A stretch of DNA of 64,000 bases from contig CM102286.1 of NCBI GenBank assembly GCA_046563655.1, positions 4,030,001 through 4,094,000 on the forward strand. Direction: 5' to 3'. This document shows positions 39,271 to 50,300 of the stretch, in pieces (the stretch's first letter is position 1; every line of letters starts with the position of its first letter). Below the pieces are notes generated by a model. It saw nothing but the letters and a program-made list of their open reading frames with translations, made no database searches and had not been told where the DNA came from. A program made the translations under genes and the position numbers. Source of the stretch: Yuukianura sp. NJ FZ-2021. Taxonomy: Eukaryota.

Positions 39271-42200
39271 ACCGCCAACTTTCTCTTCACCAAAAACCCT
39301 AACTTTCGGAGCTCCCTTTGAACAACAAGCACAAACTCGTACGCTTTTGGTCAAATAGAATTTCCACTAAACAAAATACTTTATCTTTATCAAAACTTTA
39401 AAGTTTTCCGCCCTTTATTTAGACAATTATTTTGTGAGTAGCTCAAATTGAATAGTTGAAAGATTAGAATTCAATTTATTTTCTGGAGCTTTATTGCCTA
39501 GAGGCCTCTCAAGTGTCCTGATTTATCTCCAAAAGCCCCGCGGAAAATGGAGACGGAAAACTCAAAGTCAAGTAATTTGAAACCAAAGAGAAAATGGAGA
39601 AAGTCAGGGCTTTCACCATGCGTTTACTTTAGTCAACGTGCAAACATGTTCAGACATAATTAGTTCAACACACAAATAAATTCCGAAACTCTTTTGAACA
39701 AATAAACTTTGACATCGTCACAATTAACAGTTCATACTCGTCAGCTCGTCTGAGTATAAATCTCAGCTTAGTATTCCCACCTTCAACCTTTGCTTTCTAG
39801 TGTGCGTGTAGTTGAAAGGAAAATCTTACATTTTATCTGTAAATTTTATACTTTTAAAAGTTATTGTGACGTAAACGGCCAACATTTTTTTCTTTACCAA
39901 ATGTTGTTAAAGTAACTAAACCTCTTTACATCCAGAAATGGGTGACACTGTAACTCTCTGCGTTTCTTTCCTAAGCTCTGTCATGCTACCAAGAAAGAAT
40001 TATTCCTGCTTAAGGATGCATTATGGAGGTATCGGCTTTCCTCTTCCTTGAAATTTTCCATCTTAAAATCCACATTTCCAAGTCTACACCGCACTTTGGG
40101 AGTGTCAAAGCCTCTTAAGTTTACGTTCCCAAGTTCTACTCTGGCAGTAGGCTACACTTAAGCCTTGGTTTTCACTCGTAAAGACCCGGGCTTTCCAAAA
40201 TTGTAGAGACAGTTTCACCTACATAATAATAAATGCCACACCAGAGAAATTGCCTCTTCTACCCATTTTCCAAGAAACTCACTAAAAGAGAAAGTTGAGT
40301 ACAATATTGAATTTGCCTCGAAGGAAAGTGATATTGTTACGTTGAGGTTCAATGCTTTCGAAAACACGAGGCTACTATATCATTTTCTTATTGTTTGCTT
40401 ACAGTTAATATTTGCTTCACTTTCTTGCACAATTCAATACTTTGGAGACAGATCCACACCGTGCGATATTTGATCTGGTATAACCTTTCAGCCTGGATAC
40501 ATTACCAGAGATTTTTTTGGTTGAATTTCGGTTAAAAAAAATGAAATCACAAACCTGAGAACAATGAGCGTTGAAATTCAGAAGTTCGTGAAGCACTCTG
40601 CTTGCAGCATTTTGAAATCCAAATCAGTCAAAATTTGCAATTTTTGGCTTTACACAAGCGTCGCGTTTTGCTCTAATTGTTTTATTCTCTTGTTCAGAAT
40701 TTTTAGAAATCCGTTTTCTTTGAACTAGGAGACATGATTTTAATCTCACTTTCCAAACTTGAGCTGAATTTTAAAGTGTTTTTGGGCGCAACGACTCTTG
40801 ATCTTCCTAAGGTTGAACTGAACGTAGAAAGTTGGCGCGAATCCCTTTAAAACCTTTTGCTTTCACAAGAATAGTGAAAGTAGTCGCACATTACAACCCG
40901 CGCATCCTCTTCACCCTTCTTTCTTCCTCCATTCTAACACACTCACGTTATTAGTATTCTACTGACACGCTCCTACCCCACTTAAGGCTCACTGTGACTC
41001 CAGGTCACCTACCTGCATAAATTTCAGTTCAAAGAACTCTACTCCGATTTTTTGAAAGTCATTTCATATTCACAGAGTGATGCAAATTACATTTCAAACG
41101 TATTTTTCATTACTAACTTGATTCCTCGTAATGGTACATGTCATTGATTAGAATTTTCTTTTAGTTCCAATTTGTTTGACATTTTAAAAAGTAGGGCAAT
41201 GCACTAGGCACGGAGGAATTCAAATTGGGGTGAACAGATTTTCACCAATTTTATGAAAACTTTTTTTTTTGAAATTTTGAATTTCGAAAGTTTTCTAACA
41301 CAAAGTCAACTCTGTTACACTGAGTTCTGAATCCCTATTTATGTTTTCAATTATACGTTTAAACTGATTCAGATTCGCAAAAATTTAAATTTGGAGCGAA
41401 CCAGGATGGGAGAAAGTTAAAAATTAAATTAAAAGTTTTTGAGTTTTAAACTTTCGAATTTTATGAAGTTGAACTCTTTGGCCCTCATCGTTCGGTAAAG
41501 TAAATCAAGAGCAAAAGTTAATCAGAAACATCGTAGTTCATTACCAGTGTGACTAAACTTTACCAAATGTTGAAATGAATGCGAATGTAACGAAAAAGTT
41601 GGACATCGCAAATTGTAAATGTCAATTTATGCAGTCTTACACCATCCCTTTTATTTTTCGCTTCATCAACTCCAGAACTTTTAGGCATCAGAGAAGTTAT
41701 TGTCAGCGGTATAATTTTGTTCAGAAACTTCTAATGCTGATGAAGTATGAGTAAAATTTTTTGTCTGAGCGAGGATGTGTCCCTCCGGAGTTACTTCGCA
41801 GTCAGCCTATTGCTTTTATGAAATGTTGCCATAGTTGAGTTCCAACGTTGTTCGCAGGCTTTGGTTCTGGTGAAAGCAGGGTAGGAATGGGACGGACTTG
41901 GGATTATTCAGAGTCATAAGGTACTCCTTCTGAACTTTCCAACCATTAGTCATTCACTTTGACTCAAACGGCGTTTGGTCTATCGGCAAATACTAATCTC
42001 GTGGGAATGTGGAAGCATCCAAACATGCGAACATTGTAAATAAGTTAGCACAAAGTTCAACGCATAGCTGACTGTGACTTACATATTTTGGACACTCCCG
42101 TGCTTAGGAAGATTGGCTTAATGGGTTAATCTTGTTGCATATTTTATTATTTACGGAATTGAACTTTAAGGAGCTACAATCACATTTACGACGCAACAAA

Positions 42201-44273
42201 AGGAAAAATATTGTTTATCATAAAATGCGGATCCAGATGATGCACACGTAACAACAGCTAACTTTTAGCTACAGCCAAGTAACTACTTGTAATCAAATGC
42301 AAAAAATAACTTTCGACCACAAAAACTCAAATCTTGACCACCAGAAAAATGCTTCCAAAATGGCGTCGCTTTATTCCTTGCACTTCGGGTATTATCGGTT
42401 TTGGCTCTTAAGGTATGAACTAAGGCTCTATCATGAAGATGGCGTACATAGCGAAAACGAGTGTTAGAAGTGTTAACAACAACATTAAAAATTCGATTCA
42501 CTCCTGGTTTTATGGATGCAGCTTTTTACGCCTAACCATCTTAAACCCCAGAAGCGTCGTCTTCCTTCGAAAATTTGAACAAGATCTGGCTCCAAAATTT
42601 GAAAAGTGCTTGAAGAATGACGACGCTCTCTAAGTTCCATTTCCGTTGACATTAATCATGTTGGAAATGAGTCATGCGAGGTTAGGTTTTTGTAGGGAAG
42701 GACGAGGAGAAAGGGGCTGCTTTCTGTGCTCCAGTTCTACTTTGTTCTAAAATGTTGAACTTGAATTTTGCACAGGAGCTAAAGAGTTGGCAGTGACCCA
42801 AATCCTAAGTATCACAATGTCTAATTCATTCCCAGATCCAATTTTAATTTTGATCACTCTCTCTACCTTCCAAACCACACCAGATCCTCACGTATGTCTT
42901 TCCATATGTTCATTCCGTCTCAAGTTCTTTTGGGATCTGGACTAAAAGTTTATCGGCCAGTCAGAGACGACGTCTGTATTGTTTTCTAGGGGAAAGTTAC
43001 TACCACAAACTACTTCAATTGACAGCTCTCAAGAAATCTGACGTACGAAAAACCACGAGGTAAGGCAACTTAAATCTGTCGTTTAGTTTTTAAAACTTCA
43101 AAAAATTTGTTCAAATATACAAACTTGTTTCTTATTTTAGGTGTTGACTGCCTTGAGTATGTATGCCAACGCCTGCTTAAGTTTGTAGTGTTGAACGGTT
43201 TATGTAAGTCCCATTTTTGAATATTCCAGAAACTTATTTTTGAACTTTTTGAAAGTGCGAAATGCTTGTTTAAAAATCTCGATATTCAAGGCTGCCTAAA
43301 GTTGCTTCATTTTAAAGTGTTTTAGCACTCTATTTTAGTAACTCTTAAACTTTATTTTGAAAAGAGCAAATTAAACTTTTGACTTGTTTTTGTTGAAACA
43401 AGAATGTTGGCCTCGACAAGATTTTTTAGCCTAGGTTCATTAGGTTGCTAGGATCCAGTCACTTTTAAAACAGAAAGCGACTGGATCCACCTGTCTAGTG
43501 TCAATCCACTCAAAAGATGCCTCTGACAGAAGCTCTTTTGTTCTCAAAAAACATGACATCAATTAGATATTAACTTTTTGTTTTTTCGTTTTTGCAGATT
43601 CGCTAAGTTGCTTTTCGGTTACAAGGTTTTTGGAAAGCAAATCGCAACACTCTGGATCCTGCTGTTTTTCGTCTCGCTAAAATTCCGCACGTCATTTCTG
43701 CAAAATTTCAGCGAAGCGCATGGAGCACAGACCCCAAGGAAGAATCTAGTTGAAAGTGATTGGTTCCGGGTGGTTCCAAACCAAAGCAAACGGAGGAACG
43801 GGCTTTCTGGGCTGGAAAATACAAAGAAAATAAACTTGGAAGCTGCGTTTTTTTTTGTTCCGAAAGCCAAGCAACCGTATCTCGGCATCTAATTCTTGTA
43901 TACTTACAAAAATCCATTGGTAAAACCAGATGCGAAATTCCTTGGAGGAACAGACTCAACGAAGCACTAAAATGGCACTGTCGGTGAGTTTTAGTTTCCC
44001 AAGTTCATCAATGAATTTTATGGTTGGCTAGTCCATTTTCTCTGTTCAGTTCATCAGGAACTTCGTCAGAGGAAGGAAGGCAGTTATTACTTTCACTTAT
44101 TTTCCTTTTCCACCTAACGATAACATGAACAGACTGCCAGAATTCATTTCAAAGTTGTTTTAAATTTTGTGCTAAGTGCAACTTTTGTTATTGCAACACA
44201 CTTTCCATTATCTTCATCTGTTTATACAGAGAAAGAAGCGACAAGGTCAAAGGCCACAAGCAAATTTGCCAAG

Positions 44274-47047
44274 ATGCTTCGAACACGCAAGAAAGACATC
44301 AACCTCAAGCCCAATAGAATCTTAGACAAAAGATCCAGTAGAGGAATGCTGTACGAAAATGAGGAACTTCGACTTCGAACAATCCACATTAATGATGAGG
44401 TATAGATCAAGGTTTTTCTTAGTTTAGAATAGTTTTTGAGAAAAGTTTTCATTAGGATTGTCGTAAATCTTGTGTTGTTTGAACAAAGGTGGACAAGGGA
44501 CAAAACAGTATCAAGAAACTGAAGAAGGAGAACGACCAACTGAAGCGAGAAATTTGGGCGCTGAGAGACGAATGTGAAAAGTTGGAGAGAATGTTAAAGA
44601 AAGTTTACAAGGCCGTTGAGGATAGTGGGACTTTGGAAGGACTCAAACTTTCCCCAGATACGCGGAATTCAATGCTCGACTTTCCCGTTTTTCGGAGAAC
44701 CGGTAGACTATATCGACGGGGAAGTGTATTCACTGAGGCTGAGTCAATGGGGGAATCATGTGATGAAGATGGAGAAGAAAGTATCCGAAAGCGGGTAGAT
44801 TCAAGTGCGTCTAGAGACACCTTTCACCAAACAAATGAACCAGAAGGAGGTGAAAGCAGTCAGGTCAACTTGTCTGAACTTGCTTGTTGTCCATTTGACC
44901 CTGCCTGTTGTGAAAGTGTACCTGAGCAAATGACAATTTCTGAAGCCGAACCAGTTTCTGCCGTCCAGGTTTCAGCCGTGGCTGAAATGCCAACGCCTGT
45001 TTCCGCGTCTCCTCCGCTGATGACGCCGACAATAGAAATCACGCCTGCGCCGTTCCCAGTAAATGAAGATGGCAATGACCAAGATTCCGGTTCCATTCCA
45101 GTTGAAAATGAATTTGTTGTTGAAGCGACAGTTGAACCTGACCAAGGTGAAGGTTCAGAAGATGCGATAGATTTGAGTGGTAAGAGAGACAACGATAGTC
45201 CAGGTAAATTCTTTACTCTATTATATTAGATTTTGAAAGTAATTTTAAAATTTGGAGTTTTTTTTTAAATTTGAATTCTTAAGCCAGATTTTGTTTTCAG
45301 AGACACTCCAGCGTCGTAGGGTGTCGGCGGGAAAGTGTGCGGGACTTTTGAAAACGTTTGACTTTCTCTCCGGCTCAAAGTCCGTTCCTAACCTTACCAT
45401 TACGGAAGACGTAACTTGTGATTTTCAAGAACAAGGTTTTAGCAGACAAGAAGTCGTTTGTGAATGGGATCCAAATGTGTTAATTGGTTACATTGAAACT
45501 GGAAATGGAGTTAGTGGAAAAAGTAATACAAAAATAACTGACTTCAGAGTGGAAGAATTGATTGACCAATTGGATATCGAGCTAGGATCTGATGGCCTAT
45601 CACAAGTCAAAAGTGTTCGACTCATGGGATCCAATATTCCTGGAACTCTTTTTGTTTCCTTCCGATCTTCAGAAGCATTCATGCCATTGGTAGAGAAAGG
45701 AATCATGGAGTTGCGCAATGGAAACATTCGGATAAGGCTGCTGGAAGCTTCCAAGAAATGCTCCCTGGTGCATTTGTTTTCGTTACCTTCGCAAATACCA
45801 GATTGTGATGTGATTAGAGTGTTAAATCAGTTTGGACAAGTAGTGGCTCCAGTGGAACGGAATTGTTATAAAGGTGTGGACATTTCGGAACGATTAGTGC
45901 GCATGTACTTGTGTAAAAAAGTGCCACAGAGTTTGAATATTGGAGGATATGAATGTCCTGCAAAAATTTCATCCCTTGGTCAAGTGTTACCACTTTCTCC
46001 AAAAATTGATTCTCCGGCAATTGCTACTGCTGATCAATTTTTTGCGGGAAAGTCGACAATACAATTTCGGTTCAACCAATCGCCGGTATCTTCCAAACAA
46101 GTGGCGCAACGCTTAGGTGGGGCCTCCAGACCCACCTTTTTGCCAACTCTCATTCCAGCCAACGCAAGGTTTTGATTTCACAATCTTTCACGCCGGAAAA
46201 ATGACTGTTTTGCAAACACCAAAACAGAGAAACACCGCTTTTTTTCTCATCACGAGCGTTTCCTTAAAAAACTTTCACTTTTTAAAATTTGAAGTGAAAA
46301 TGCAATCAAGTGCCTTTCATTAATTGCAAAATTCTTTGTTTTGTCTTGCTTTAAATTAATTCATCGCTGAGATGATGCCTCCATTGTACAAAATCCCTTT
46401 AGCCGCCGTTTTTATTTCATTTCGGAATTTTGAAAAACAAAGCCTGGTTGAAAACTGCCCAGACTCTTTTCTTCTACATTACAAAAATTCCCGTTTCTTT
46501 ACATTTTTTACTTTAATTGTCGCACATCATCTTTTTCACTTTAAAATGAAATGTCTTGTCGGTTTCAGCGAAATTGAATCAATTTTGTAGCTGAGCGGTT
46601 GGAACGGATTGTGAAAGATTGTGAAGACAGTAATTGTATTTAAGTGGAAGTGACAAGAGAACGCCATGTCCCTGCTTAGCCACTACTCCCTTGACCATTG
46701 CTGTGGGTGACACTGAAGGGTCCTCTCGAGGTCGAGCTACGACCTTACCAAGCCACCAACGCTCTACACCCACCACAACCACAACTCCGCCTGCCGCAGA
46801 AGTGTCGTTCTACAGAAGTCTTTCATCTGGCCATGACACTCGACGTCGTTCTTCTGCAGCCAGATTCCATCTAACTGGTCACATGAGAGGGGACTCAGAG
46901 GACGACTTCCAGGAAAATGATGACAGTGAGAATCGATCTCACACTAGTAATGTACGGCGGCCGTCGTCAACCAGACTCCAAAGTCAGCGTCTGGGCTCCA
47001 AAAAACACCTTCCATGGTTCTCATGTCTCGGCAATGGCTGTCTCTAA
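44274..47047 (+). CDS. Uncharacterised protein: coiled coil, acidic linker, LINE-ORF1/ZCCHC3-like RRM region and Cys-containing C-terminal tail, about 703 aa
   Basis: Exons 44274-44399, 44489-45203, 45301-46168, 46645-47047 total 2112 nt in frame. Coiled coil LYENEELRLRTIHINDEVDKGQNSIKKLKKENDQLKREIWALRDECEKLE; domain VHLFSLPSQIPDCDVIRVLNQFGQV..YKGVDISERLVRMYL..VPQSLNIGG; ends LPWFSCLGNGCL. The start could lie further upstream. Confidence 0.75.
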
Positions 47048-47298
47048 ATAGAAAATACACACGACTTTTTAAATTAAAAATTATTATGATGAAGTATTAA
47101 CTTTGTGACGAGCAGTATTATCCATGTCTTTTCAATTGTTTTATTGTTGGTATGTTTTCAAGTCGTCGTTAACGCAAAAGTATCGTCTCTTGCAAAACTG
47201 AGAAATAAATAAATAGAGCATTTTTAGTTTGTTTGACATAGTATTTTGAATTTAGAAGAGATTAGTTCTTCAAACTAACTTTTTCAAGCAGTCAAAGT

Positions 47299-47372
47299 TA
47301 GAATCATGATCGAATGATGATAGAATCATGGTAGAAGAATAGAATAGAAATAGAATCAATAGAATTAGAATA
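47299..47372 (+). repeat. Degenerate (TAGAA)n simple repeat
   Basis: tagaatcatgatcgaatgatgatagaatcatggtagaagaatagaatagaaatagaatcaatagaattagaata. Confidence 0.6.
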
Positions 47373-50300
47373 CCTACAAGATGTAAAAATAAAATAAAAT
47401 GTTGTTTAGCATAACAGACTCCGAAACTAGAAAGAAACTATAAAGATTTCAAAAGAAAGTAACTTTCTCCGTCGTCAAAAACTTTTCAAGAGTGCGACGG
47501 GGTCTATCTACCGGCAGAACTAGCAACTTTGTTCTAAACTTAAAACTTTTTAAATTTTTAGAGCAAGCCATCTTTCTGTTCAAACAGCAATCTCAACCGC
47601 TAGAAACCGTATAGACTATCATAGATGGCACAGGTAGCTGCACTCCAAGTTCTGAACTTGAGAAAGTATTAACTTTTGTTTTTGTTTAGAAAATAAGTTG
47701 CTTTCATGTTACAAGATGGCGGTGAAAGTTGTGAGTGGAAAGTACACATCCTACGCAGTTTTCTCCATATCGGGATCGAAATCTAGGTTAAGACGGCATC
47801 TTCCGAAAGTTCCATTTTGTAACTTTCTCAACTACTTCCCTATACTTTCACTTTCCATTTCTCCTTTGGCCATTACTTGGAGAGTTTGAATGGCTAAAGT
47901 TTTACTATTGGGGCTGTTCATGATATTGAATTATACGACGAGTTTTGTGGAGTGACTTATTCCTTTTTTCCTTTTTTAGAACTTTATTGAGGCCTTGAAT
48001 TTTCCTACTTTTTCTTTTTCACTTTGAACACGAGAATTAACTGAAAAGTTGTCGGATGGAGACATGGATAATTTTAATTTGAAAGTGCGTGGCGTGGGTG
48101 ATGGTGGTGAGTGTGTGGGAATGTTGAATATCTAAATATTTATGAGATGGTTTCTAACGTAGAAGTTTTCTCCCTCCAGGATTTGGTAATAGGATGGCTA
48201 ACTGGGTTTATGGAACTTTAAGGGCTCCTCCAGAGTCCCTCCGCAAGTGATCAACATATTCCTTTCTCGCTTCTTCCCATGTTTCTTTTCCTCCCCCGAA
48301 AAAAAGCCGGGTTCCTAAATTCGGGTAGCAGGAGATTTATGGATCTTTTTCCTCCAAGGACTTTTCCCTGTTATTCCTAAATTTTCTCTCCTCTTCCTTT
48401 TCATCTCCCTCTTCGCCAGTTTGTCACATAACCTACTCTTTCTTAAGAATCAGCCTTAAGCAACCTAACCTTAAAAACGTAGGACATCTTCACACATAGG
48501 GCACAAAAGTTCAATCTTAATAAAATCTCATTAACACTCTCCTGCTCTAGCCTAATCCCAGGTCGAAACGGAGTTAGTTAGACGGAATAGAAATGCTAAT
48601 TTTAGCGGAACTCGCAAAAGAACTTCTTCTTTGACTACTTTCCCGGTTAAAATCAAAAGTAAACTCCGGGTACCTTTGATTCCTCGACTCAAGCTCCTTC
48701 TTACGTCCTTTGTAATTGTAATTCCGGCTTCTGTTAATTTCAAATCCTACGGCTTTCAAGTTCTTTCACCTTGAAGTTCGTGCGTTTCAAAATTTAAATT
48801 GCATTTTTTACTTTTTATTCTTTCCCTCTTCTTCCGTCGTTGAAATTCCTGAAGAACGTTGAAGATGATTGAAGTGGGGAGATGATCTTGATTGACAAAA
48901 GGACTTGAGAATATATTGGAAGTTTTATGTCGGGGGGACCCAAGGCAGAGGTCGTTGAAGGGAGAAAGGAGGCAGTGCAGCTACTTTAATACTCGTAATA
49001 TCATTCTAAAACGGAAGCGAGCACTTCTTCTTCTGTTTATCCAAGAAAGCTCTTTTCTTCTTCAGACACAAAGGGGAATGCTCTCTCAAGATTCTGGAAC
49101 CTCTTTTTCAAATTTCAAGGACTTGGAAAACATTACTCTCTCCCCCGCCACGGCTGGAACTGGAAGCTGGAGGAGGAGCAATGCATTGCTTTTGGTTCCA
49201 AGGAATCCAATATGTTCCTCTGATTTATTAACCAAAGCCAAAAGAAGAGGCAGTGGTGGAAGAGAAATAAAGCTCTTAATTATGAAAAGAGAATTAACGG
49301 AACAAGGAACTCAAAAGGAACAAAAGGCACAAGGCGTTTGTTTTACATGGGTTTCCAGAAATGTGGTTTCTGACCAACCGAAATTTTCAAAAGTTGACTT
49401 TCACTTTCAGTGGTGTGAAAACCTACGTTGAGGAGTTGCGCTGAGTGCTGAATTCTAGTTTGAATTTTAAACTTGTTTTCTCTCCAATTTTGGAAAAAAA
49501 AATTTTTAAATACATTTTAAAATACTAACACATCGACAATTCATGCAAACTGACTGAATTTGAAAGCAATTCAAGTTGCGAGGAACGTTGTTCAACACTT
49601 CTCCGTATTTCAATGAATTTTGTTGGGTACGTAATTTTTTTTTCAAAAACCGAAGTAAATTAAGTCGAGTATTGTGACTTAATTCCATCCAATTGTCGGT
49701 GTACACCAAAAAGTGTATTGAATTTTGTTTTTGTTTTTCAAGATTTCGAAATTGAAAATTTGGGTTTGTTTTAAATGCCAATTTTGATGTTAGTTTTCAA
49801 ATAGGTTAAAGTTTTTTGGCATGATGCGGGAAGGATAGAGCGAAATCCGCTACAGTGTTGGAAGCTATGTATGCTATGCAGCCTTTAACGCCTAAACCGT
49901 TTGTTGGAATTTTCAGTTCCAGGCGTAATTTATGGGCGCTTTCAGGGATCTCTCGAGAGAGGCTTAGGTGCCCCCCTTCTTCCTCTTCTGGGAACTTCGT
50001 CTAAATAAGTCTCCTTGGAAGAGGAATTTATGGACTGGGACAGGCTTTTGACTGGGCCACTTTTCAGTGCTCCAATGTCTCACTCTGTTCCAGAATACAA
50101 AAAGAAAGGGAAAGTTTCACAAAAGTTTTTTTTGAGCATGAAGTTGAGTCGTCGGTTTGAAAAGCTTTCAAATTTACCACTGGTCAGCCCTCAAGCCACA
50201 TTTTCCTTGGCCTTTCAGAAATAAGGCCGCATTCACTTGAGTCGTTGGACCTCTAAAAGTTCTTGAAGGTGGAGGCACAAAGCTTTTGGACAAAAAAAGC

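Noticed and set aside
46569..46644. Last exon as a mutually exclusive alternative spliced directly from the donor at 45204
   Set aside because: Phase-1 use of the acceptors at 46568 and 46590 hits stops quickly. The long frame needs a phase-2 donor, which 46169 supplies.
48892..49431. 179-aa ORF
   Set aside because: Non-ATG start, no recognisable motif and no supporting exon chain.
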